A stretch of DNA of 64,000 nucleotides from an uncultured virus (IMG/VR IMGVR_UViG_3300025033_000016) (taxonomy: Duplodnaviria > Heunggongvirae > Uroviricota > Caudoviricetes), in the IMG/VR virus record IMGVR_UViG_3300025033_000016; one strand, 5' to 3'. The position numbers were made by a program, and so were the translations under genes. Under the pieces are notes generated by a model. That model saw only the letters and a list, made by a program, of their open reading frames with translations, was not told the DNA's origin and searched no databases. Positions 9,508 to 19,004 of this stretch are shown here, in pieces (positions within the stretch are counted from its first letter, which is position 1; the number at the start of each line of letters is the position of its first letter).

Positions 9508-10186
9508 TTAACAAGTCGCTCCGTAGGGAATCTCTTACCGATGTATGCACTAACGCTTGTTCTAGCGCAGGGTCGTGACCTCCATACATACCAAGCTCGC
9601 GTTGTATAGCCGCGTCTAACTCTTCAGTAGTGCCTAGGGTGCAACTATTTCTGCTTATAAAGCTACTTATAACATCAGTTACAAACTTATGCTTAGCTGC
9701 ATTAGAGGGTAGCTTATAGCCACGCTCTAGAAACTTAAAGGCTCTGTAGATAGCGTTTAAATTATTATACGGTCTGGCAGGTTCTAGTACCTTATTTACT
9801 ACGTGCTCGGGATGTAATACTTTTAGTGTGTACATCTCTGGGTTGAAGCTATTCATTGTATGTTTAAAATCAAAGTTTGTTATGTTCTGTGGGTTTAGGA
9901 GCTTTATTAGCTGTAAGGTTTTACCTTTAAAACTTAACGTATGCGCATTGTCAGTTTCTATAATTAGTCTAGCTCCAGCGGCCTGTAGACCCTTTATTAC
10001 TTTATCTGTAGTCTGCCCGTGATATACTGTATCATACATATCGTAATCATTAGGCGTCTCGCCTTGTATAAGAGATGCAATACAGCCGCCTTTAAATCTT
10101 ACAGGAGGTTTTCCTAGGTCTACCCACAAGTTATGTAAGTGTTCTTTTACTTTAGTTTCTAGCTCTTCACTAATACCAGGGGTCAT
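9500..10186 (-). CDS. Nucleotidyltransferase-like protein (Pol beta superfamily head) with tag
   Basis: GGCIASL....PNDYD, NFDF, R..KF.ERGY; ends SVRDSLRSDLLSE. Confidence 0.6.
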   Translation of the reverse strand: MTPGISEELETKVKEHLHNLWVDLGKPPVRFKGGCIASLIQGETPNDYDMYDTVYHGQTTDKVIKGLQAAGARLIIETDNAHTLSFKGKTLQLIKLLNPQNITNFDFKHTMNSFNPEMYTLKVLHPEHVVNKVLEPARPYNNLNAIYRAFKFLERGYKLPSNAAKHKFVTDVISSFISRNSCTLGTTEELDAAIQRELGMYGGHDPALEQALVHTSVRDSLRSDLLSE

Positions 10187-12098
10187 CAGATTTCTTCTCC
10201 TTTTGCGCTTCTACTCTTTCAACGAACTCCTCGTATTCCACTTGCTCGTTTGGAGTCATATCTCTAATTGTAGCAGTTAGTCCATCAAAGTGCAAGACCT
10301 CAGTGAATTCTTTACCCAGCCTAGTCTTAACAGCTGCCATAGCAATATACTTATCATCATTGCCCATGTTATACCCAGGCCGCCACATGCCGATTAATGC
10401 TGTAGCAGATTCTTCAATAGCACTACTACCTTTAGCTACCCTAGAGTCAGTGATGGGCGTAGATGGTCCTCCTTTAGCTCGTGCGATCTGAGCTAGGGAC
10501 ATAATCAACGTCTCAGTCTCATTAGCCAAGTCAGCTAGCCTAGGAGCGATGTAACTAAGATTAGCCGTTTCATCACTATAAGGACCTCTAATGCGGTTAA
10601 TAAAATCTAGTACCACTAGTTTTAGATCGGAACCTACCTTGTATTTGGTTTCTAAGATATTCTCCCTAAGCTGCTCTAGATCTACACCTTGCCTAAAGTC
10701 AAATCGTACGTTTCTGTACTGATCGGAGATCTTTTGCTCAATCTCTTTCATCTTTTCGCGTTGCTTATCTTTGTATATCTGATATAATTCTTTATCTGTA
10801 AATCCAGTAACACGTTGAGCTAACTTTTGATAAATCAGAGGTGCGCCCATGTCCATACTACAAAATAAAGCCGACATACCACTGTTACTTAGATTATTTA
10901 GTATATTTAAGGTTAGGTTGGTCTTCCCGCATCCGCTAGCCGCCGCTACTACCGCATGGCTGCTAGTTTGTAGTCTTAGGTTAGCATCTATCGACTTAAT
11001 GCCAGTCTTAACCGTATTCTTGTCAATATTAATAGCGTAGTTCTCAAATATGGAACTCACATCGTCAATTCGTACGACATTCTCATGCTTAGTGGCCGAG
11101 CATTTACTAGTACCAATTGCAGGACATACTTCTTGTAAGAACTCGTGGTCTTTACAGCCGAAAGTCTTACCTTGCCAGTTATCACCATATACCACACTAA
11201 CGATCTTATTCCAAATCTCTTCCTTAGCGAATACTTCTTGGCCTGTCCTAGCTGACTGTAGCCTAGCCGCTCCTTTAAGCATGTTATGGCACACTTCTTT
11301 AGGAAAACCTTGTGCTCTAATTACGGCGGCTAGAGAGGTTAGTGCGTTACTACGACTACCAGCCTCAAAGAATCCATTTAGGATAGCGAACCGACAAGCT
11401 GGCATCCACTTAGGCTTAAGGCTCATGTCTAGATCGCCTACGTCATAAGCAACCTTATTTACAGGTACTTCAACTTCACGTTCAATTAACCACTCTGACC
11501 TAGGTTCTACTATGATATCCTTCCACTCTTCTGCCGCATCTAAAGTAGCCGCTAACTCCTTGATCGAATCTACACTGTGCTCTGATAACGTACTAATGGA
11601 GATTGGTAGCTTGTATAGCCCTGTAGTTTGATGCTTGGTGTAGGGTATTCTTAGGATTCTGCTGGCATTGTATATCTTGTTATCGAAGGTAGATAGATCT
11701 CCTGCAATAGATTTGGCCATATTCTTAATCTGACTAGGCTTGAAGTGTTGAGTTAGTAGTAGCTCTACGCCAAAGCCTTTATGCCCCGAGAATGTGATAT
11801 TTAGCTGATCTTCCGTTACTCCCTGAGCTAGCAGCCTAGCTATCAGCTCTAAGGTATCGGCTCTAGCAGCCTCTAGGTCTTCCTTGTTATCAAAGTCAAA
11901 CGGCAGTATGTTACCAGTTACATCTACAATACCAGCTATCGTATTCTTAGCCTTAAATACCTTAAAATGCTCATCTGTATAGTTGTAAACGCTTCTATAC
12001 CAATCCTTATCGTGGTCAGTAATATGCTCGTTGAGTTCATCCTCAGGTACTAAAAGTCCAGGGTCCTCTACGGAGCTACAGATTCGCTTGTATTGCAT
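10170..12098 (-). CDS. Primase-helicase (AEP-type primase + DnaB-like SF4 helicase)
   Basis: FDFD and FSGHKGF primase motifs; Walker A AASGCGKT, SMDM, VVLDF, LAQ, KGSSAIEE, KTR. Confidence 0.9.
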   Translation of the reverse strand: MQYKRICSSVEDPGLLVPEDELNEHITDHDKDWYRSVYNYTDEHFKVFKAKNTIAGIVDVTGNILPFDFDNKEDLEAARADTLELIARLLAQGVTEDQLNITFSGHKGFGVELLLTQHFKPSQIKNMAKSIAGDLSTFDNKIYNASRILRIPYTKHQTTGLYKLPISISTLSEHSVDSIKELAATLDAAEEWKDIIVEPRSEWLIEREVEVPVNKVAYDVGDLDMSLKPKWMPACRFAILNGFFEAGSRSNALTSLAAVIRAQGFPKEVCHNMLKGAARLQSARTGQEVFAKEEIWNKIVSVVYGDNWQGKTFGCKDHEFLQEVCPAIGTSKCSATKHENVVRIDDVSSIFENYAINIDKNTVKTGIKSIDANLRLQTSSHAVVAAASGCGKTNLTLNILNNLSNSGMSALFCSMDMGAPLIYQKLAQRVTGFTDKELYQIYKDKQREKMKEIEQKISDQYRNVRFDFRQGVDLEQLRENILETKYKVGSDLKLVVLDFINRIRGPYSDETANLSYIAPRLADLANETETLIMSLAQIARAKGGPSTPITDSRVAKGSSAIEESATALIGMWRPGYNMGNDDKYIAMAAVKTRLGKEFTEVLHFDGLTATIRDMTPNEQVEYEEFVERVEAQKEKKSDDPWY

Positions 12099-12164
12099 TT
12101 AATTCTCCTTTGTGGGGGTAAGGTCGTGCTAAAATAGAGGCCCTTAGAAGGGCGTATAGAGCGT

Positions 12165-12485
12165 CTAATCTTCTGCCAAAGCAGCGTTAGCATCCTCAGC
12201 AGCTTCTTTTAGTACGTTATCGCTTTGAGGGCCTTTATACATCGCCATTAGGCGGCGCATACGCTCTCTCTTAGGCAGCTTCCAGTCAGTGTAGCTAAAT
12301 ACCTTAGGGGCTTGGCTACCAGCTTGCTCGGCTACTTGAGTGAACACGTCCCTAGCTACAGAATTGTCTAGCTTTGCCTTAGCCTCAGCTGCTAGGGTGT
12401 ACTCTTTTAGTTCTTGCATAGCGTGACTGGCTGGCTTTTGGCCAGCCTTGAGTTTACGCTTTAGTTTAGCTTTTTTAAAGCGCAT
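12165..12485 (-). CDS. Hypothetical basic protein
   Basis: TAATG coupling to the upstream gene. Confidence 0.6.
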   Translation of the reverse strand: MRFKKAKLKRKLKAGQKPASHAMQELKEYTLAAEAKAKLDNSVARDVFTQVAEQAGSQAPKVFSYTDWKLPKRERMRRLMAMYKGPQSDNVLKEAAEDANAALAED

Positions 12486-12721
12486 TAGTCCTCACCTTTT
12501 ACGCAGATGTCGAATACTAGGAATGAGGGCGCATTCTCACTCTTAGGCTCGAATAGGTAAAAGCTACGTCCGCCGTCTTTTAGTGGGTAAGCTTGTTTAA
12601 TCAAACTAGGCGCGTTGTCTAGGAACGACTTATCTAATACCATCTTGTGATATGTTTTACCTTTTGAATCCTTGTTTTTAGTAATACTGCCTACTTTAGT
12701 GAATTTTGCCATTAGTTCCAT
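12485..12721 (-). CDS. Hypothetical protein, possibly small SSB-like (start probably 12712)
   Basis: Follows the ERF gene; aromatic/basic beta pattern. Confidence 0.5.
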   Translation of the reverse strand: MELMAKFTKVGSITKNKDSKGKTYHKMVLDKSFLDNAPSLIKQAYPLKDGGRSFYLFEPKSENAPSFLVFDICVKGED

Positions 12722-13257
12722 CCTCCTGCTGCCGGAGTATCTTTAACCGGAGCTGTTTTTGTTTCTGTTTTAGTTTCGGGTTTCTTAAAGCCGCCTGATT
12801 TAGCAGCTGGCTTAGCTTCTACTTTAGGTGCTGCTTTAGGTTCTGACTTAGCTTTGTAACTACCACGGCCTACTGAGGTTTCACCGTCGTCATCAGCACT
12901 AGCTAGGTTAAACAAGGAGTTCATCATACCTCTACGAGCATAAGTAATCCCTGCTAGGGTTTTTTGCATATCTTGTACGTTGATGAGTTGCAAAGAGGAC
13001 TGAATCCATTGCCCACTCTCTGTATGTACAAGTAAGGAGATTACCGAGTTACTACCGTCAGCGTTTCCAGAGGTAGGCTGTAGCAGCATCAATCCATTAG
13101 CTTCTAGGACAGGCTCAATAGTCTCAATGTGCGTGTTTAGGTCAGCAAACGTACTCTTGAAGTGTGGATTGAATGCGCCCTTTTTTACAGGACCTAGTTC
13201 TTTCTTAACTTTAGCAAGTGCTGCGAATAGCTGATCTGTTTTTTCTGAAAGTTTCAT
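12712..13257 (-). CDS. erf: ERF-family single-strand annealing protein
   Basis: NPHFKS.FADL, H.ESGQW, ITYARR, DDDG motifs. Confidence 0.9.
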   Translation of the reverse strand: MKLSEKTDQLFAALAKVKKELGPVKKGAFNPHFKSTFADLNTHIETIEPVLEANGLMLLQPTSGNADGSNSVISLLVHTESGQWIQSSLQLINVQDMQKTLAGITYARRGMMNSLFNLASADDDGETSVGRGSYKAKSEPKAAPKVEAKPAAKSGGFKKPETKTETKTAPVKDTPAAGGWN

Positions 13258-13269
13258 ATATTTCCCCTT

Positions 13270-13584
13270 TTACCAGTTATATCTATCTAGCATGAATTTA
13301 CCAGCTTGTCTACGCCAATCTTCTAGTACCAAAGCTTTTCTCTGTCTAGGCGTTGGAGATAGCAACTCTTCACTGACTACCTCGTCCCCTTGTAAAGTAA
13401 GCATTACGCACTCATAGGATTTCTTACCTTCTGAGTCTGTAGTGGTTTTTACTCCAAAGGCTGTGATTCTAGATCCAGCCTCGTTTACGCTGGCAGCTGG
13501 CTTACTTAACTGAGCCTCTCGTTTCTGCTCGTCTGTGTTAATCAGACCTAATTCTTCTCTAACTGATTTACCGATTTTACCCAT
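13270..13584 (-). CDS. Hypothetical protein
   Basis: SD AAGGAG; own promoter. Confidence 0.7.
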   Translation of the reverse strand: MGKIGKSVREELGLINTDEQKREAQLSKPAASVNEAGSRITAFGVKTTTDSEGKKSYECVMLTLQGDEVVSEELLSPTPRQRKALVLEDWRRQAGKFMLDRYNW

Positions 13585-13889
13585 TATAAATCTCCTTTAT
13601 CCGTACTGTAGCTGCTTTTGTCTTTATTGTCAAGTAGTATCTCTGTTAGTTCTACGATCTCGTTTTTAATTTTACAAGGGTAGCAATCCATACGCACACT
13701 ATCGCCGTTACTGCGGCATTGTCCGTTATGTGTGTTAAGTCTACTAGCCCAAGTCTTAATATCTTTTAAGATATAATCCTTAGATCTGCGAGCCTGTAAC
13801 TCTTTTAACATTGTTAGCATAATTTCGTCTGGCTGTATAGCTTTTTCGTAGCCTTCAATAAGGCTAGCCAATTGTTTATCATTTAACAT
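13584..13889 (-). CDS. Hypothetical protein
   Basis: GGAGG SD upstream. Confidence 0.65.
   Translation of the reverse strand: MLNDKQLASLIEGYEKAIQPDEIMLTMLKELQARRSKDYILKDIKTWASRLNTHNGQCRSNGDSVRMDCYPCKIKNEIVELTEILLDNKDKSSYSTDKGDL
13605..13633 (-). promoter_or_regulatory. sigma70-type promoter TTGACA-N17-TACAGT
   Basis: Canonical -35, 17-nt spacer, upstream of SD and ATG at 13584. Confidence 0.7.
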
Positions 13890-13931
13890 TTCTAGCCTCC
13901 TCTGTTATAGATGGGTCGCCATGTATTAAAC

Positions 13932-14604
13932 TCATCTTTCTCTCCATTTCTTTAGTGCTTCTCGGGCTCGGTAACCTGCCCTATAATAGGCCAATCCGCT
14001 TTTGGGTCTAAAGTGTTCTGAATCTGCAATCGCCGTTTTCTGATCACCATCATGCGTGGGATCTGACCAACATGGGCCAGCATAAAACTCCAAAGCCTCT
14101 AACAAAATACTCACGTCCTGCGCATTGTGGGATTGTAGGGCTGCTTTAGGAAGTTTCTCTAACCTCTCAACAACAGCCTCAATTGCTGCGCCGAAAATTA
14201 ACGCTCTTTCAAAAGCATCCTTTAGATAATTGATCTGTTCTAATGTTGTTCATGCTCTCGATTTGAAACTTCTCTAACGAGGCAAAAAACTTAGGTCTAA
14301 GAATTATATCCTCATCACTCACCGCCGCCTTAGGTGCTGCGTGCTGGGTTAGGTAGTCGTGAACCTTCATGGCGGCATCAACCTCTGCTGCGTCACCAAA
14401 TTCACTATATGCCCACGTTTCAAACTCTCCGATCGTAGGCCAAGGCTTCTCGCCACCACGTTGCTCTGATTCTCGGATGGCTTGGGCTATTTCAGCAACT
14501 AATGGCTCCGCATTTTCCCAATTTATAAACTTGCCTCGAAACTTAGCTACGATCTCCCTAGCTTTCTCAGCGTGGCGGTCTGCTTGCTCTGATTTTTTGG
14601 TCAT
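13932..14604 (-). pseudogene. Probable single gene split by a 1-nt frameshift near 14250
   Basis: The frame of 13932..14114 stays open back to about 14250 without a start; deleting one A in ATGAACAACATTA joins it to 14209..14604. Confidence 0.5.
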
Positions 14605-14918
14605 TTTAATAGCTCCTCTAGCATATCCTCAAAAGGCTTTAGTCCATTTGCGTGTGCTTTGTTTATTTTCCTAATAGTTTTTTTATTAAGAAACTTCTTA
14701 ACGTCCTTATAAAATTCATAATCTCCACGACCATTTATTTCACAATCAATTATTGTAATCCCTAGATGTCTAATTGCTTATTGAAGCAATTTGGCTAATT
14801 CTTTAGTCTTTTCATCGACCTGCTCTACTTTGTTAGCTCGAATCCTCCCGTTTACAATGGGGGCCGCGTAGCTATTAGATATATAGGTTCCTTTTTGCTC
14901 TTTTTTGTTATTTGTCAT
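14601..14918 (-). pseudogene. 105-codon gene with an internal in-frame TAA at 14778-14780
   Basis: ATGA overlaps at both ends (14918 and 14601); reads MTNNKKEQ...AKLLQ*AIRHL...EDMLEELLK. Confidence 0.6.
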
Positions 14919-15124
14919 CGCACTTCTTTCTCCTCAACTCGGTAGCTCCTAGCTACAGTAAAGCCGTGCCATGCTCCATCTTTTTCTTTTGAAAACAAGG
15001 GACCTTCTCGACCTCGAATATAGTCTTGTGCATTTTCAAGTGATTTACAGACTTGTAACTCTTCGTATTGATAATCGTCGTTTCGTATGTACACGATATA
15101 TATTTTATTTATACATTTACTCAT
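14915..15124 (-). CDS. Hypothetical protein
   Basis: AGGAGGG SD upstream. Confidence 0.65.
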   Translation of the reverse strand: MSKCINKIYIVYIRNDDYQYEELQVCKSLENAQDYIRGREGPLFSKEKDGAWHGFTVARSYRVEEKEVR

Positions 15125-15153
15125 AAGCTTCCCTCCTATTTACAGGTAATACA

Positions 15154-16248
15154 CTACTTCTTAGTGCAAATCAAGCCCGAATCATCACCACTGAAGCACA
15201 GCCGTTTAAACGGACAATCTCCGCCATACCAGTTCGAGCAAGAGTCGAAATTCTTATAAAACACTCCATGTTTAACCTGTTGATTGATTATATCAAAGTT
15301 AGATATTACAGACTCAGCTAACCTAGAATTAACTCTACCTAGGATTAGGTCTAGCTCGGCTCTACGGATAACTTCCTCGCCTAGCTCCCCACCACATCGT
15401 TTATCCGATACTAGATTAGAGCAAGTCTTAACCCTGTTATTCATCTCCTGCTTACCGCAAGATGTACACACTCTAGTTTTATCCTTAGCTATGTTCTTGT
15501 ATAGTACGATAAATCCGATATCTTCAACGCCCTCATGGTATGCATATAAAGTTAACTGTGGTGACTCATTAGCTGCATTCTCATCGTATTTTCTAGCTGA
15601 AGTCTTCAGATCTAGTACATACTTCTTACCGTCATCTAAAGTCACTACCATGTCAATGTAGCCTTGTACAATATCCTCTGAATCATTCTCTAGCTTTATA
15701 TGCTTTTGTGTGCTGTGTACTTCTTTTATCCTAGGTAGGATCTTCTCTTTAAAAGCTTCAACCATCATAGGTGCTTTTCTAGCCATACATAGCCAATTAG
15801 CTAGATTTAAATACTGATGCTCAGCCTCTTTGAAACTTCTATGGGCTCTTTGCTTCTTAAAGTCGGAACAAGCTTTGTAAACTTCTAATGGGGTATTACC
15901 TGCATATTTTAAATCATGGTCTGTGATAAACTGAGCTAGCTCTTGTAAGTCTTCTTCTTGTAGTAGGTCTATATCCATATCTCTTTCAGCATATGCTATC
16001 TTAGTATTGGTACGAAGCTGCTCTTTAGTATTAGTAATGAATGCTTCTTCCCAGTTTGCTCTGAAAGCGCTCATATAGTCCCCAGTTGAATCTTTTAGTA
16101 CAACCTCTACAGCTGCGTCTAAAGCGCTACCGAACAGCAGAGCGCTACTGGTGGCGTCTGGTCGCAGTTTATCGATGTAGTGGTACTTATAGGACTGAGG
16201 GCATTTAATATAGCGGCTTACAGCACTATGACTTAGTTTAGTAGACAT
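15154..16248 (-). CDS. PD-(D/E)XK nuclease (RecB/Cas4-like exonuclease)
   Basis: LSHS...Y..CP, FGSA, GYID, DLKT, QLTLY, C-terminal Cys cluster. Confidence 0.85.
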   Translation of the reverse strand: MSTKLSHSAVSRYIKCPQSYKYHYIDKLRPDATSSALLFGSALDAAVEVVLKDSTGDYMSAFRANWEEAFITNTKEQLRTNTKIAYAERDMDIDLLQEEDLQELAQFITDHDLKYAGNTPLEVYKACSDFKKQRAHRSFKEAEHQYLNLANWLCMARKAPMMVEAFKEKILPRIKEVHSTQKHIKLENDSEDIVQGYIDMVVTLDDGKKYVLDLKTSARKYDENAANESPQLTLYAYHEGVEDIGFIVLYKNIAKDKTRVCTSCGKQEMNNRVKTCSNLVSDKRCGGELGEEVIRRAELDLILGRVNSRLAESVISNFDIINQQVKHGVFYKNFDSCSNWYGGDCPFKRLCFSGDDSGLICTKK

Positions 16249-16254
16249 GCATAG

Positions 16255-16283
16255 ATTTTACACTAGACATGCCCTAAAGTCAA
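16255..16283 (-). promoter_or_regulatory. sigma70-type promoter TTGACT-N17-TAAAAT
   Basis: -10 ends 6 nt before ATG 16248. Confidence 0.75.
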
Positions 16284-16289
16284 GCTAAA

Positions 16290-19004
16290 TTAGCCGCCGC
16301 AGGATACGCACTCATCGTCGCCTGTTTTAACAGCGGTAGTTAGGCCAGAGGTACTTCTACAGTAATATAAAGTCTTGACATGCGGTAGCTCATAGGCTAG
16401 CATATGCACCTCGTTAAAATACTTATGGTCTACATCGTGTGGGAAGAACAAGTTAAGACTCTGAGCTTGGCAAATATGTCTACCACGTTGAGAGGCTTGT
16501 TGTACTAGCACTCTTTGGTCGATCTCATACGCAGTCCTAAATACGTCTCTCTCTAAGTCGCTTAGGAACTTAAGATGCTGTACGCTGCCTTGATTCTCAT
16601 TAATACTCTTCCACACTGCGGCAGTATTCTTACCCTTACTATCCAGCAATTGTGCTAGCTGTTTATTCTTACGGCTAAACTTACCTTTATGTGTCTTGTC
16701 AGCATAGGCGTTAGCTACGTATGGTTCAATACCAAAGCTAACATCGCCGCTAATGATACTATTAGATCTCGTAGGAGCTTGAGCAAGTAGGTGTGAATTG
16801 TACATGCCGGAGCCTCTGCACCACTCAGGCTCGCCTAGTTTAGCAGCTAACTCCTTTGAGGCTTTTACCGACTTTTCTTTTATAGTAGCGAATATGTCGT
16901 TATTGAGCTGCATAGATTGAAAACTACCAAAAGGGAGCATTTTACTTTGTAGTAATGTATGCCAGCCTAGGATACCGATTCCGATAGCTCTACCTTTAAC
17001 AGCACTGCGGATAGCCTTCTCTAATCCCCACACATCTTTGCCTTTATCTATGAACTCGTTAAGTACTCCATTTAGGAAGTAAGTAGCTACTCCTGGCAGG
17101 TCTGTATCTTTCCACTCATCCCACTTAGTCACGTTTAAAGAGCTTAGGCAGCATATAAATGAATGTTGTGAGTCCGTGTGTAGTGTGATCTCCGAGCAGT
17201 TCCCAGCTAGAATACCGTTAAACATGCCCATATTACGTTTAGGCTCGTTAAAGCAATACGTATCAGATACCTCGTTAAGGTCTAGTACCTCTATAACCTT
17301 CACAAACTGCTTAGCTTCTCGATTTGGTAGCTTGTTTATATTTAGATTTAGTCTATGACACTCTATTCCCAAATCCTTTAGCTGTAGGAGTCCTCCAGTA
17401 GGTACGAGTAGTCTGTAGATCTCTTTGGTATCGAATAGACGCTCGCCTCCTCTACCGTCAGGCATTAAAGTCTTGCCTGCTTTTTTATTTAAAGTTACTT
17501 TAGCTTCTACGCCTAAAGTCATCAACATTCTTTTAGTGTCTAGTAGAAACTGCTTATTGATAGAGGCGATTTGTAAGGATTTATTATTTCCGTTAATTGC
17601 TACCGTACCATCAGAGTCTAGTAAACCAGCAAGCCATTTTAGTCTGGTTTCTATGCTACCTGTAGGAACTTCGAACTTCTTAAAGTTATTGTTTATATGG
17701 ATTCGGAGCTTTCCTGCAACTTCTCGCATAGATCTGTGCTCTTTGTAATCGAGGTACTGTAGCAGCTCTTTCTTCTCTCCATATAAGTCAATGTGGTTTT
17801 TACCTTTATGTGAGCAGCCGTCTCCACTAAAGAATCCTTGAGTGTAAGGACTTTCAATTTCACCTTCCATATCAATTACAGGTAGGTTCCATTTAATTAA
17901 CTTATCTCCAGGCTTAAGCTCAGCTGCCCTAACTTCTTTTTGATTCTTGGTGCTATAGGCTAATCCACCTCTGCCATAGGACGTTTGCAGTCTAAATTTG
18001 TGGTACGGTGTGCACTTAAGCTCTTCACCATTACTAAACCGCACTGTGCGTAATTTTTGATTCTCGCCAGTCTTTAATACCGTAGTAGTAGACCACTCTA
18101 TACCGTTCCATACGGATACACGTTTATTCTCTAGGTCCTGTATACGTTTTAGTCCTTTTTTAGTTAGTATCTCAGTATCAGGGTGTACACATAGATTAGT
18201 CATCTCCACATTCAAGTTACGATCTTTATAACATTGTGGATTAGCCTCATTTACCTTGTCTAGCCACATGATATAAGATTCTCCAGTCTCTAAACGAGTC
18301 TTAAGTAGCTCTACCCACTTATGTCTAGCTAATTGATCTCCGGCTTTTACTTTTTCCATGAAGTTATCATTGATAAGTGTTGATTGATGTATATTGTGAC
18401 ATTGCCTGTTAACGTCGCCTTCAGGTCTTCTAGTTCTAATAAACTCTTCCCAATCAGTGTGTTCGATGTTTAGGTTAATTACAGCAGAACCTCTTCGCGA
18501 GCTGCCCTGGTTAGTCCCTAGAATAACACTATCATACATTTTCATAAAAGGTACGACACCGCTAGATTGCCCGTTTATTCCGCCTTTAATAGGAGTTCCG
18601 CGACCTCTAATCCTATCGAAGTTCACTCCAACGCCTCCGCCAGCTTTAGTAAGTCCCATAAGCTCGGACATACCTTCCCCGATCTCTTCAAGATTATCTC
18701 CAATGTCAGCTCCGAAACAACTTATAGGAAATCCTCTATCAGTACCAGAGTTAGTTAATACGGGAGTTGCTGGGCATAGCCAGCCCTTCCACATATAGTC
18801 GAAAAACTTATCTTCCATAGCAGGGTTTATGTAACTAGCGACAGATTTAGCTACACGTTTATACATACCCTTAGGAGTTTCTCCTTCAAGTAAGTAACCT
18901 CCAGATAAAGTAATTAAACCTTCTTCCGTTAAAAAATTAGGAGCTTCTCCGGCTGCTTTAAGTTCTACTAGCTCTGCTTTTAAGTCTCGTTGCTTCTTGC
19001 TCAT
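16290..19004 (-). CDS. nrdA: Ribonucleotide reductase class Ia alpha subunit, intein-containing
   Basis: PATP, ISCF, GGGVG, NL[intein]CSEI, CCLSS, APT.S, YYCR, C-terminal CxxC. Confidence 0.95.
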   Translation of the reverse strand: MSKKQRDLKAELVELKAAGEAPNFLTEEGLITLSGGYLLEGETPKGMYKRVAKSVASYINPAMEDKFFDYMWKGWLCPATPVLTNSGTDRGFPISCFGADIGDNLEEIGEGMSELMGLTKAGGGVGVNFDRIRGRGTPIKGGINGQSSGVVPFMKMYDSVILGTNQGSSRRGSAVINLNIEHTDWEEFIRTRRPEGDVNRQCHNIHQSTLINDNFMEKVKAGDQLARHKWVELLKTRLETGESYIMWLDKVNEANPQCYKDRNLNVEMTNLCVHPDTEILTKKGLKRIQDLENKRVSVWNGIEWSTTTVLKTGENQKLRTVRFSNGEELKCTPYHKFRLQTSYGRGGLAYSTKNQKEVRAAELKPGDKLIKWNLPVIDMEGEIESPYTQGFFSGDGCSHKGKNHIDLYGEKKELLQYLDYKEHRSMREVAGKLRIHINNNFKKFEVPTGSIETRLKWLAGLLDSDGTVAINGNNKSLQIASINKQFLLDTKRMLMTLGVEAKVTLNKKAGKTLMPDGRGGERLFDTKEIYRLLVPTGGLLQLKDLGIECHRLNLNINKLPNREAKQFVKVIEVLDLNEVSDTYCFNEPKRNMGMFNGILAGNCSEITLHTDSQHSFICCLSSLNVTKWDEWKDTDLPGVATYFLNGVLNEFIDKGKDVWGLEKAIRSAVKGRAIGIGILGWHTLLQSKMLPFGSFQSMQLNNDIFATIKEKSVKASKELAAKLGEPEWCRGSGMYNSHLLAQAPTRSNSIISGDVSFGIEPYVANAYADKTHKGKFSRKNKQLAQLLDSKGKNTAAVWKSINENQGSVQHLKFLSDLERDVFRTAYEIDQRVLVQQASQRGRHICQAQSLNLFFPHDVDHKYFNEVHMLAYELPHVKTLYYCRSTSGLTTAVKTGDDECVSCGG
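17199..18191 (-). mobile_element. Intein (331 aa) with LAGLIDADG endonuclease in nrdA
   Basis: Begins CVHPDT after TNL; block B CTPYHKF; GFFSGDG and LAGLLDSDG; ends GILAGN before Cys+1. Confidence 0.93.

Noticed and set aside
15154..16248. Cas4 as evidence of a CRISPR system
   Set aside because: Stand-alone Cas4/RecB-like nucleases are common phage recombination genes; no array is present.
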